64,000 nt of DNA, taken from Mobula hypostoma. Lineage: Eukaryota. This document shows positions 52,385 to 64,000 of this stretch, piece after piece; position 1 is the first letter of the stretch, and each line of letters starts with the position of its first letter. A model generated the notes under the pieces. That model made no database searches. It was not told the origin of the DNA and saw only the letters and a program-made list of their open reading frames with translations. Location of the stretch: positions 48,858,001 through 48,922,000 of the forward strand of contig NC_086108.1 of assembly GCF_963921235.1 (NCBI RefSeq), written 5' to 3'. Made by a program: the position numbers and the translations under genes.

Positions 52385-54585
52385 TGATCGACAGACGGCA
52401 CAATAGCCACTGTTCTACATAACGTCCTTACACATCTGGAGTAGAAGGATGCTTAGTTGAGAATGCTGTTCTTGGACTACAGTTCAGCGTTCAACACCAT
52501 AATTCCCTCCAGGCTTGACAAGAAGCTCAGAGACCTCTGCATTGACCCTGCCTTGTGTAGCTGGATCCTGGACTTCCTGTCAGATCACCAGCAGGTGGTA
52601 GGAATGGGCTCCCTCACCTCCACCCCTCTGACTCTCAACACAGGGGCCCCTCAGGGCCGTGTACTAAGCCCCCTCCTTTACTCCGTGTATACCCATGACT
52701 GTGTCACCACCTACAGCTCTAATCTGCTAATTAAATTTGCCGACAACACTACATTGATTGGCCTAATCTCAAACAATAATGAGGTGGCCTACAGGAAAGG
52801 AGTCATCTCTCTGTCACAGTGGTGTCAAGAAAACAACCTCTCCCTCAATATCACAAAAAAACAAAGGAGTTGGTTGTGGATTACAGGAGGAATGGAGGTG
52901 GGATAAACCCCATTGACGTCAATGGATCTGGGGTTGAGAGGGTGAACAGCTTCAGGTTCCTCATCATGCACATCACCGAGGACCTCACGTGGTCTGTACA
53001 CACCAGCTGTGTGGTGAAAAAGGCACAACAGTGCCTCTTTCACATCAGACGGTTGAGGATGTTTGGTATGGGCCCCCAAATCCTAAAAACTTTCTATAGG
53101 GGCACATTTGAGAACATCCTGGCCAGCTGCATTACTGCCTGCTATGAGAACTGTACTTCCCTCAATCACAGGACTCTGCAGAGAGTGGTGCGGACAGCCC
53201 ATCACATCTGTAGTTGTGGACTTCCCCTGATTCAGGACATTTATGAGGACAGGTTTGAAAAAGGGTTCATAGGATCACTGGGGACCCAAGTCACCCCAAC
53301 CACAATCTATTCCAGCTGCTACCATCCGGGAAATGGTACCACAGCATAAAAGCCAGGACCAACAGGCTCCAAGACAGCTTCTTCCACCAGGCCCTCAGAC
53401 TGATTAACTTACACTGATTTGAGTGTATTTCTGTATTACATTGACTGTTATATTTATTATAAATTATTATAAATTACTATAATTTGCACATTGCGCTTTC
53501 AGATGGAGATGTAGCGTAAAGATGTCATGGTCCGGTCCGTGAAGTCCGCATTCCAGTTCATGGTCCGGTCCATCGACCCTTGCTCCAGGTTTTCCTGTCT
53601 ACCCTGTTTCTATTCCTGTTGAGCAGTAATTGAGGCGGCTGATTCTCGTTGGGACTGGCTGCATAAATATCTCCAGAGGCCAGGGCGTAGCTGCTGGATT
53701 GTTCTTGTCCTTACTCCTCGTATCCCTTCTCCTGTCTTCCGTTTCCTTGCCTGAAGCCTTGCCTTGTCTTGCCGGCAACTCTCGTCTTGCCCTTAAGTTC
53801 TTGCCTCGCCTTGCATTGACTGAAGCCTTGCCTTGTCTTGCCGGTAACTCTCACCTCGCCTGAAGTTCTTGTCTTGCCTTGCATTGACTGAAGCCTTGCC
53901 TTGTATTGCTGGTAACTCTCACCTCGTCTCGCCTGAAGTCTTGTCCTGGAGCCACCCTGAACCTAGTTCCCTTCCTGTCCCTTGCCCTCGTCAGGTAAGC
54001 CAGGCTAGATTGCCATTACCCTGCGGTGGGTCCTGTCCCTTGCCTCCGTCGGGTAAGTCAGGCCAGATTGCCATTACCCTGCGGTGGGTTCTGTCCCTTC
54101 CTTCCGTTGGGTGGAGATCCACGTCCTGCCCAGGAGTACTGCGCCCTTCCTAGGAGGAGCCTCAAGACCCCAAGCCTCGAGCCTCGCCCCAAGCCAAGCT
54201 TCAAGACCCCAAGCCTCAAGCCTCGCCTCCAGTCTCTGGTCTCCAGCCTCGCCTCAAGTCTGAAGACTCCAGCCCCGTCCTGCCTCCCAGCCAAGTCACG
54301 TCCTTGCCTAGTTCTGGGGTCCGAGCCAGAGTCAAGACTCAGGTTCTGGGTCCTTGTCCAGTCTCTGGCTCGGAGTCCAAGCCCTAGCTCCTAGCTCTCT
54401 TGTCCAGTCCTGTTCTGGGTTCCTGGTTTTCGGGTCCATGTCCTAGCCCTCACCCTATATCCTAGTCCTGTCCCTAGTACTTCAGTGTCTGTGTTTTGCA
54501 CTTGGGTCCGTTCCCAGACACCTCCTCATGACAAAAGATTTTTATTGCTCATGTATATGAAGGATGTAAGAAGTAAAGTCAATAA
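52385..54585 (+). mobile_element. Rex1/Babar-like LINE 3' part, interrupted by a solo LTR
   Basis: [33 protein letters not shown]; the 3' UTR resumes after 54538. Confidence 0.85.
53523..54533. mobile_element. Solo LTR (1011 bp) with internal tandem duplications
   Basis: TGTCATG...CATGACA termini; TSD AAAGA at 53518-53522 and 54534-54538. Confidence 0.9.
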
Positions 54586-54928
54586 ATCCTTAATAGAATA
54601 ATGGAATCAACGAGAGACCGCACCATCTGGGTGTTCAACCAGTGTGCAAATATAAAAAAAGAAAATAATCATAAAAAAATAAGCAATAAATATCGAGAGT
54701 CTATTCTGGCCTACTTTTAGTTTTTTCTTGTACATTTCTATTTTTTACAATCCAGATCCATACAAAATACTTATTTATTGGTCTTATATTTGTCGAAAAA
54801 AAAACGTCGCCCAAAATCATCTGCAACAGAGTACATTTACTGTGGGCGTAGCAGTGGTTGTCACAACCGAGCAACTGTGAGCTGTGCACCTGCAGCACTC
54901 GACCGGGGCGGGGGTGCCACGCTTTGCA

Positions 54929-56063
54929 GCCGCCGGACCCGCCCTGTCCACCGATACTGCCGCCGGACCCCCCCGCCCACCGATACTGCCGCCGGACCCC
55001 CCCGCCCACCGATACTGCCGCCGGACCCCCCCGCTCACAGATACTGCCGCCGGACACGCCCCGCCCACCGATACTGCCGCCGGACACGCCCCGCCCACCG
55101 ATACTGCCGCCGGACACGCACCGCCCACCGATACTGCCGCCGGACACGCCCCGCCCACCGATACTGCCGCCGGACACGCCCCGCCCACCGATACTGCCGC
55201 CGGACACCACCCGCCCACCGATACTGCCGCCGGACACCACCCGCCCACCGATACTGCCGCCGGACACGCCCCGCCCACCGATACTGCCGCCGGACACGCC
55301 CCGCCCACCGATACTGCCGCCGGACACGCCCCGCCCACCGATACTGCCGCCGGACACGCCCCGCCCACCGATACTGCCGCCGGACACCACCCGCCCACCG
55401 ATACTGCCGCCGGACACGCCCCGCCCACCGATACTGCCGCCGGACACCACCCGCCCACCGATACTGCCGCCGGACACCACCCGCCCACCGATACTGCCGC
55501 CGGACACCACTCGCCCACTGATACTGCCGCCGGACCCCCCCGCCCACCGATACTGCCGCCGGACACGCACCGCCCACCGATACTGCCGCCGGACACCACC
55601 CGCCCACCGATACTGCCGCCGGACACCACCCGCCCACTGATACTGCCGCCGGACACGCCCCGCCCACCGTTACTGCCGCCGGACCCCCCCGCCCACCGAT
55701 ACTGCCGCCGGACACCACCCGCCCACTGATGCTGCCGCCGGACCCCCCCGCCCACCGATACTGCCGCCGGACACGCCCCGCCCACCGTTACTGCCGCCGG
55801 ACCCCCCCGCCCACTGATACTGCCGCCGGACCCCCCCGCCCACCGATACTGCCGCCGGACACCACCCGCCCACTGATGCTGCCGCCGGACACGCCCCGCC
55901 CACCGATACTGCCGCCGGACCCCCCCGCCCACTGATGCTGCCGCCGGACCCCCCCGCCCACCGATACTGCCGCCGGACACGCCCCGCCCACCGATACTGC
56001 CGCCGGACACGCCCCGCCTACCGATGATGCCGCTGGACACGCCCCGCCCACTGATGCTGCCGG
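54929..56063. repeat. GC-rich minisatellite, ~38 units of 29-30 bp (CCGCCCACCGATACTGCCGCCGGAC + ACGCC/ACCAC/CCCC/ACGCA)
   Basis: Units counted by eye; head-to-tail with no unique spacers. Confidence 0.97.
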
Positions 56064-56640
56064 TTGCTCCTGCGCCTGACGTCACAATGCCCCGCTGCGG
56101 GATCAACCAACGAGGCCACAGAGGGAGGGAGGTGAGGAAGGATAAACAAGATCATCAGATCAAATGATGGACTAAAGCTTTATTGATCAAACTGTAATGT
56201 TCTCGATTATAATAAAAAACAATAATTGCACTAAGGCATCTGTCGAAAAGAGTGTTTTTCATATTCAGACGGACGTTTGTAAGAGTACCCACTCACTGTA
56301 GAAGTTGTCTGCCTGTATGTCTAGCCTGACGCCATTTTGTGCGTGTGTCGGTTCGGGTCTGCTGCTCTGTTCCTGACCGCTGCTGCTGTGTGAGGGTAAG
56401 GGTGAGTGAAAGACCGGGGTCACCTTGGATGGGGATGGCTGGGTTGGTGTCTCGACGACCACGCACGGTTGTTTTGTTAGCGTTTTGTGGCGGCGCAGTT
56501 TGCCACTGGAGGACTGCAGTTGGCGCGCCGCGGTTGCGCACATTGTAACCGGCCTGTAGTCGTCTTTGTGCGGCTGCCGGCAGGATCGATTGACAGTGGC
56601 GATTTGTGATGCGCTTAAAATTTTCTCCGTGTTGGTCAGT
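56064..56640 (+). promoter_or_regulatory. DHX9: Putative DHX9 CpG-rich promoter and non-coding exon 1
   Basis: CpG-dense unique sequence. CRE palindrome TGACGTCA 56077-56084; YY1-type GACGCCATTTTG 56328-56339; donor-like GTAAGG at 56396 and GTGAGT at 56402. Exon assignment is inferred. Confidence 0.7.
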
Positions 56641-57777
56641 ACAGTATTTTGGGAGCTTCGCAGTTTAGAAGTTTTTTTTCAGACTTGCAATGGAAATCGT
56701 TTCTGTTGTCCCTTCTAGAAGATAACTAAGCAATCGTATCTGTTCTGTTTGAAAATGAACAGCGATTTACATCAGTGTGCTGAGGTCGAATGACACGCAG
56801 TCATCTTTTCTGCAACCCTGCATATTGAGTATATATTCGACTACAATTATAATTGGTTATTTGACAGGTGAGCTTGAGTTTTACACGCAAACACGAGGAA
56901 ATCTGCAGATGCTGGAATTTCAAGCAACACACATAAAAGTTGCTGGTGAACGCAGCAGGCCAGGCAACATCTCTAGGAAGAGGTACAGTCGGCGTTTCGG
57001 GCTGAGAGCCTTCGTCAGGACTAACTGAAAGAAGGGCTAGTAAGAGATTTGGGAGGGGGAGATCCAAAATGATAGGGGAACACAGGAGGGGGAGGGATGG
57101 AGCTAAGAGCTGGACAATTGATTAACAAAAGGGATATGAGAGGATCATGGGACAGGAGGCCTAGGGAGAGAGAAAAGGGGGGGGGGAACCCAGAGGATGG
57201 GACAGAGGGAGAAAAAGAATGTGTGTATATAAATAAATAACGGATGGGGTACGAGGGGGAGGTGGGGCATTAGCGGAAGTTTGAGAAGTCAATGTTCATG
57301 CCATCAAGTTGGAGGCTACCCAGACGGAATATAAGGTGTTGTTCCTCCAACCTGAGTGTGGCTTCATCTTTACAGTAGAGGAGGCCGTGGATAGACATGT
57401 CAGAATGGGAATGGGATGTGGAATTAAAATGTGTGGCCACTGGAAGATCCTGCTTTCTCTGGCAGACAGAGCGTAGGTGTTCAACGAAACAATCTCCCAG
57501 TCTCTGTCGTGTCTCGCCAAAATATAGAAGGCCACATCGGGAGCACTGGACGCAGTATATCACCCCAGCGGACTCACAGGTGAAGTGTCGCCTCACCTAG
57601 AAGGACTGTCTGGGGCTCTGAATGGTGGTAAGGGAGGAAGTGTAAGGGCATGTGTAGCACTTGTTCCGCTTGCAAGGATAAGTGCCAGGAGGGAGATCAA
57701 TGGGGAGGGATGGAGGGACGAATCAAACTGTACAGCTCCTCCCTTGGAGGGTCAGACACCCTGAGCCAATAGGCTGG

Positions 57778-58599
57778 GAACAAGTGCTACACATGCCCTT
57801 ACACTTCCTCCCTTACCGCCATTCAGGGCCCCAAACAGTCCTTCCAGGTGGGGCAACACTTCACCTGTGAGTTGACTGGGGTGATATACTGTGTCCGGTG
57901 CTCCCGATGTGGCCTTTTATATATTGGCAAGACCCGACGCAGACTGGGAGACTGCTTTGCTGAACATCTACGCTCTGTCTGCCAGAGAAAGCAGGATCTC
58001 CCAGTGGCCACACATTTTAATTCCACATCCCATTCCCATTCTGACATGTCTATCCACGGCCTCCTCTACTGCAAAGATGAAGCCACACTCAGGTTGGAGG
58101 AACAACACCTTATATTCCGTCTGGGTAGCCTCCAACCTGATGGCATGAACATCGACTTCTCTAACTTCCGCTAAGGCCCCACCTCCCCCTCGTACCCTGT
58201 TACTTATTTTTATGCACACATTCTTTCTCTCACTCTCCTTTTTCTCCCTCTGTCCCTCTGAATATACCTCTTGCCCGTCCTCTGGGTCCCCCCCCCCACC
58301 TTGTCTTTCTTCCTGGACCTCCTGACCCATCATCCTCTCGTATCCCCTTTTGCCTATCACCTGTCCAGCTCTTGGCTCTATCCCTCCCCCTCCTGTCTTC
58401 TCCTATCATTTTGGATCTCCCCCTCCCCCTCCAACTTTCAAATCCCTTGCTCACTCTTCCTTCAGTTAGTCCTGACGAAGGGTCTCGGCCTGAAACGTTG
58501 ACTGCACCTCTTCCTACAGATGCTGCCTGGCCTGCTTCGTTCACCAGCAACTTTGATGTGTGTTGCTTGAATTTCCAGCATCCGCAGAATTCCTGTTGT
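57778..58599 (+). mobile_element. Penelope-like element B (3' 0.8 kb) nested in the LINE tail
   Basis: TSD TAGGCTGG at 57770-57777 and 58600-58607; GIY-YIG ORF 57848-58174; shares subfamily variants with 25482-27817. Confidence 0.92.
58468..58503 (+). ncRNA. Minimal hammerhead motif, GUU variant
   Basis: As 27686-27721 but GAAACGUU. Confidence 0.7.
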
Positions 58600-60700
58600 T
58601 AGGCTGGTACTGAACTTATTTCCTGGCATAATTTACATAATATTTAATAATTTATGGTTTTATATTTCTATATCTATACTCTGTTATTGTTTGGTGCAAC
58701 TGTAACGAAACCCAATTTCCCTCAGGATCAATAAAGTATGACTATGAATGGACAAGATAGTTGCGTAGGGAGCGATCCCTGTGGAAAGCGGGGGGGGAGG
58801 GGGAAGGGAAAGATGTGCTTAGTGGTGGGATCCCGTTGGAGGTGGCGGAAGTTACGGAGAATTATATTTTGGACCCCGGAGGCTGGTGGGGTGGTAGGTG
58901 AGGACAAGGGGAACCCTATTCCTAGTGGGGCAGCGAGAGGATGGAGTGAGAGCAGATGTGCGTGAAATGGGGGAGGTGCGTTTGCGAGCAGAGTTGATGC
59001 TGGAGGAAGGGAAGCCCCTTTCTTTAAAAAAGGAGGACATATCCCTCGTCCTGGAATGAAAAGCCTCATCCTGAGAGCAGATGCGGCGGAGACGGAGGAA
59101 TTGCGAGAAGGGGATGGCATTTTTGCAAGAGACAAGGTGAGAAGAGAAATAGTCCAGAAAGCTGTGAGAGTCAGTAGGCTTATAGTAGACATCAGTGGAT
59201 AAGCTGTCTCCAGAGATAGAGACAAAAAGATCTAGAAAGGGGAGGGAGGTGTCGGAAATGGACCAGGTAAACTTGAGGGCAGGGTGAAAGTTGGAGGCAA
59301 AGTTAATGAAGTCAACGAGCTCAGCATGCGTGCAGGAAGCAGCGCCAATGCAGTCGTTGATGTAGCGAAGGTTCCTGCACGCATGCTGAGCTCGTTGACT
59401 TCATTGACTTTGCCTCCAACTTTCACCCTGCCCTCAAGTTTACCTGTTCCATTACCGACACCTTCCTCACCTTTCTAGATCTTTTTGTCTCTATCTCTGG
59501 AGACAGCTAATCTACTGATGTCCACTGTAAGCCTACTGACTCTCACAGCTATCTGGACTATTCCTCTTCTCACTCTGTCTCTTGCAAAAATGCCATCCCC
59601 TTCTCGCAATTCCTCCGTCTCCGCCGCATCTGCTCTCAGGATGAGGCTTTTCATTCCAGGACGAGGGAGATGTCCTTTTTTAAAGAAAGGGGCTTCCCTT
59701 CCTCCAGCATCAACTCTGTTCTCAAACGCACCTCCCCCATTTCACGCACATCTGCTCTCACTCCATCCTCCCGCCACCCCACTAGGAATACGGTCCTCAC
59801 CTACCACCCCACCAGCCTCCAGGGTCCAAAATATAATTCTCCGTAACTTCCGCCACCTCCAACGGGATCCCACCACTAAGCACATCTTTCCCTACCCCCC
59901 CCGCCCCCCGCTTTCCGCAGGGATCGCTCCCTACGCAACTATCTTGTCCATTCGTCTCCCCCCCGCCCATCCCTCCCCACTGATCTCTGTCCTGGCATTT
60001 ATCCTTGCAAGCGGAACAAGTGCTACACATGCCCTTACATTTCGTCCCTTACCACCATTCAGGGCCCCAGACAGTCCTTCCAGGTGAGGCGACACTTCAC
60101 CTGTGAGTTAGCTGGGTGATATACTGTGTCCGGTGCTCCCGATGTGGCCTTCTATATATTGGCGAGACCCGATGCAGACTGGGAGATCGTTTTGCTGAAC
60201 ACCTACGCTCTGTCCGCCAGAGAAAGCAGGATCTCCCAGTGGCCACACATTTTAATTTCACATCCCATTCCCTTTCTGATATGTCTATCCACGGCCTCCT
60301 CTGCTGTAAAGATGAAGCCACACTCAGGTTGGAGGAACAACACCTTATATTCCATCTGGGTAGCCTCCAACCTGATGGCATGAACATTGACTTCTCAAAC
60401 TTCTGCTAATGCCCCACCTCCCCCTCGTACCCCATCCGTTATTTATTTATATGTACACATTCTTTCTCTCTCTCTCCTTTTTCTCCCTCTGTCCCTCTCA
60501 CTATACCCCTTGCCCATCCTCTGGTTCCCCCCCCCTTTCTTTCTCCCCGGACCTCCTGTCCCATGATCCTCTCATATCCCCTTTGCCAATCACCTGTCCA
60601 GCTCTTGGCTCCATCCCTCCCCCTCCTGTCTTCTCCTATCATTTTGGATCTCCCCCTCCCACTCCCACTTTCAAATCTCTTACTAGCTCTTCCTTCAGTT

Positions 60701-60736
60701 AGTCCTGACGAAGGGTCTCGGCCTGAAACGTCGACT
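60701..60736 (+). ncRNA. Minimal hammerhead motif, intact core
   Basis: Identical to 27686-27721. Confidence 0.8.
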
Positions 60737-61395
60737 GTACCTCTTCCTAGAGATGCTGCCTGGCCTGCTGCGTTCACCAGCAACTTTGATGTGTGTTGCT
60801 TGAATTTCCAGCATCTGCAGATTTCCTTGTGTTTGAGAACTTTTGGATAGTGGGAGGAGGAACAGTGGCACTGGGAACACAGTCAGGGTAGAAACTTAGA
60901 ACAATGGGATAAAACAAGTGGTACTGGATGAAGGGAGATAGCTGAGGATAGAGAATAATGCAAATCACATCTAAATAGGCAGCGATAAATGAAATCCGAA
61001 ATACCGGAAAGAAAGCAAACTGAATACTTAAATTGAGATAAGGCTTGAATACTGCTATTTTGGTGACAAGTCCAGCAGGATGTGGTGTTATTCCTCGAGT
61101 CTGTTTTGCATCATTGCAGCAGTGTATGATTCCAAAGATTGAAATGATTCAGGGAGGGACAATTAATGTAGCAGGTAACTGATAGCTCAGAGTCACTTTT
61201 GTTGATTATGAGGTGTGCCGCAAAACAGTAATCCTGTCTGCTTGGTTTCCTCACCGAGTGGAGACCACATTATGGTCACTGAATATATAATAATTACTTC
61301 TTCCATGTTAGTGTTAAAATTATTCACTTTCTTGTTGTTCATTTCTTTAAGGAGCAAACACTAACATTGATGGTGGCTAATAATCAAGAGGAAGC

Positions 61396-61506
61396 ATGAC
61401 GGACATCAAGAACTTTTTGTATGCTTGGTGTGGAAAGCGCAAGCTTACGCCAAATTATGAAATCCGTGCAGCTGGTAACAAGAACAGACAGAAGTTTGTC
61501 TGTGAG
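61396..61506 (+). CDS. DHX9: DExH-box RNA helicase A, first coding exon (MTDIKNFLYAWCGKRKLTPNYEIRAAGNKNRQKFVCE)
   Basis: Near-identical to the human DHX9 N-terminus MGDVKNFLYAWCGKRKMTPSYEIRAVGNKNRQKFMCE. Acceptor AG at 61350-61351 after a pyrimidine tract; GTATGA donor; lies downstream of NPL as in human. Confidence 0.97.
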
Positions 61507-63164
61507 GTATGACAGTTTTGTGTACTAGCTTGAATTTACAGCATTGAAAATTCGAGTTCAGTCTGAAACTGATTTTGTTTGCGGTACTGTTTTAGATGGG
61601 GAACAAATTATGTGGAAAATGATTATTTCTCTTGTGATAGCTTGATGTTTGAATTTTTTTATGACTACTTGAAAACTAGAGGGCACTGGTTTAAGGTGAG
61701 GGGGCGGAGGCTTAAATGAAATCTGGGGGGTGAATTATTCATGGTAATGGTATTTTTATGGAATAATGGTATTTGGTATGAGCTGGTGGAGACAGGAACA
61801 GCAAGTACTTTTAAGAAGCATCTTGACAGGTACTTGAATAAGCAGGGCATAGAGTAATATAGAATTTATAAAGGCAAGTTGGAATTTTGTAGATAAATGT
61901 GCTGATCACCATAGACACAATGATTAGAGGGCTCGTTTCTGTACAGTACTGCTGTATGACTGATTGGAAGGCAAGGTTTTAATAACAAATTGTGAATTTC
62001 CCTTTAGAAAAGATAAAGTGCTGGAAATACTTAATCAAATAACATGCAAAGATTGGCTCGCCTCTATAGACCATCCCCCAAGTAGATGCAAAAATAGATG
62101 CAAAAAATCCATTTAAGATCTCACCCATCTCTTTGGCTCCATGCATTGATGTCAGTGCTAATCTTCATGAGGACCAGTTTTGTGCCTTGCTATCCTTTTG
62201 CTCTTAATGTGTCCATAGAAGCTCTTGGGAGTTCCCTTCACCCTGTCTGCTAGAGCAACTTCACGTCTTCATTTAGCTCTTCTGATTTTGCCCATTAAGT
62301 GTTCTCTTGCATTTTTTATACTCAAATACATGATTTGTTCCTTGCTCGCTATAGCTGCTATTCACCACCACCTTCTTAACTTGGGCCTCAATATCTCTCG
62401 AAAATCAAGGTTCCCTAAGCCTGTTGGCCTTGCCTTTTATTCTGTCAGGAACATACAAACTGTATTCTCAAATTTTCACTTTTAAATGCCTCCCTCTTAC
62501 TAGCACACCTTTGCCAGAATACAACCTGTCCCAATCCACACTTGCCAGATCTTTTCTAATATTAGCAAAATTGGCCTTTCTCCAATTAAGAATCTCAATC
62601 CAGGGAAGAAATTTATCCTACTTCATAATTTAACTAATGTATCTGAAGTGTTCCCCTACACATACTTCTATCACCTCCCCTATCTTTTGTCCAATAGGAC
62701 TTCCAGTGACGCACTCTGTCTAGTTGTGACCACCATGTATAGATTAAGGAAATTTTCCTTTCCCATCCAGCCCTTTTCCAGTATGGAAGTCCCAGTCAAT
62801 GCAAGTTAAAATCACTTATCACAACCTTGTTTCTTATCTGTGATCTCTCTACAAATTTGCTCATCCAAATCCTGCCAATTGGTGGATGGTCTATAATATA
62901 ATCCCATTAATGTGATGCTCCCTTTCTTATTCCTCAGTTCAATTTATGGAGCTTCAGTAGATGAGCTCTCCAGTCTGTCCTGTCTGAGCATTGTCATGAC
63001 ATTTTCCCTGACATAATGCCACACTTCTACCCTTTAATCCCTCCCATTCTATCGTGCTTAAATCAATGGAACACCAGCACATTGAGCAGCCCATCCTGCC
63101 CCACTTTCAAACAGGTTTCACTAATGGCTATAATGTTATAGTTCCACATGCTCAATCACCTTAC

Positions 63165-64000
63165 CTGCTGTTGGACTCCGGCCATATTATTTGCCAAGGG
63201 AAATCTCACTTGCAATTGTGGTTGTTGTGTACATCCCTCCCTCTGCCAACCCGTCGTCGGCGTGTAACATCATTTACACCGTCATAGCCAGATTACAAAC
63301 CCAGCACCCGAGTGCCCTCATTACCATCTCGGGTGACTTCAACCATGTTACCATGGCTAGAACACTGCCCAACTTCACGCACAATGTGAGCTGCACGACC
63401 AGAGGGGAGAGGACTCTGGATTTGATGTATGCTAACGTTAAGGATGCATACAGCTTCTCTCCCCTCCCTCCATTGGGAAGGTCAGATCACAACCTGGTGC
63501 ATCTAAAACCCTGCTACGTGCCTCTGGTGAAGAGTAAACCTGCAACCTCGAGGACAGTGAGGAACTGGTCAGAGGAGGCTTATGAGGCGCACCAGGGTTG
63601 TTTTGAGGTGACAGACTGGCAGGCACTCTGTGAGCCACATGGAAAGGATATTGATGGGCTCACAGAGTGCATCACTGATTACATCAACTTCTGTGTGGAC
63701 TACAATGTTCCGACAAGAACTGTCCTTTGTCCCCCATGGCTTGTTATTTGAATAACAAAGGACATTAAGGACATCCTGAATGCTAAAAAGAGGGCGTTTA
63801 GAGATGGAAACAGGGAGGAGCTGAGGGCGATACAGAGGCACCTGAAAGCCAGGATCAGGGAGGCTAAAGACAGGTATAGGAGGAAGCTTGAGTGGACTCC
63901 AGCAGAACAACAGGAGAGAGGTCTGGAGTGGGTTAAGGACCATCACTGGGTTCCGGCAAACTAGCAACAGAGGAGCTGAAGGCAGTGTGGACAGGGCCAA
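63165..64000 (+). mobile_element. Rex1/Babar-like LINE, APE domain, runs off the window
   Basis: LRPYYLPRE, VYIPP, GDFNH, TLDL.YAN and GRSDHN motifs. Confidence 0.85.

Larger units (their letters stand above)
57724..58745 (+). mobile_element. LINE 3' tail fragment nested in PLE A
   Basis: GAAT duplicated at 57720-57723 and 58746-58749; ends AATAAAGTATGACTAT; the PLE sequence GACGAATGGACAAG is restored when the insert is removed. Confidence 0.8.
56887..60835. mobile_element. Fold-back Penelope-like element A (minus arm 56887-57723 + 58746-59371; plus arm 59372-60835)
   Basis: The arms are reverse complements around a 33-nt spacer (59339-59371) and share variants such as CTCAAAC, CCAAAATATAATTC and CAACTATCTTGTCC. 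Confidence 0.92.

Noticed and set aside
54929..56063. CRISPR-like array
   Set aside because: The variable part is only 4-5 nt with four recurring variants; there are no unique spacers or cas genes, and the context is eukaryotic.
54701..56106. Long ORFs in several frames (up to 429 aa)
   Set aside because: A by-product of a stop-poor 29/30-bp repeat; open on both strands.
50823..57022. Hammerhead copies at 50823-50858 and 56987-57022 as active ribozymes
   Set aside because: Core mutations: GAAAUGUU loses the ACGU palindrome and GAAACGCC loses U16.1.
59339..59371. The fold-back spacer coincides with the RT YIDD motif (here YIND)
   Set aside because: Other PLE inversions in the window occur at unrelated positions; probably chance.

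Overview
Vertebrate genomic DNA. A cartilaginous fish (ray or shark) is inferred from the repeat landscape only. Two host genes lie on the + strand in the same order as in human. Seven coding exons of NPL (N-acetylneuraminate lyase) span 15925-39873; its upstream exons were not found in the window. The start of DHX9 follows, with a CpG-rich promoter and putative non-coding exon 1 near 56.1-56.4 kb and the first coding exon at 61396-61506. Most of the rest is nested transposon DNA: a full-length L1 with a 15-bp TSD, CR1, RTE, Rex1/Babar, pogo/Tigger and Tc1 elements, a Gypsy remnant, a solo LTR, SINEs, and many fold-back Penelope-like elements (PLEs) carrying minimal hammerhead motifs. Best leads: (1) a 569-bp non-coding retroposon headed by a candidate HDV-like ribozyme with an extra hairpin in L3; (2) a spliced RBM25 fragment replacing the RT-integrase core of a Gypsy element; (3) a hammerhead-bearing inverted repeat with ~1.4-kb arms in DHX9 intron 1; (4) tiny PLE-derived palindromes that all break at the hammerhead; (5) a ~38-unit GC-box minisatellite next to the DHX9 promoter. 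All alignments were done by eye, and family names come from recalled motifs, not database searches.
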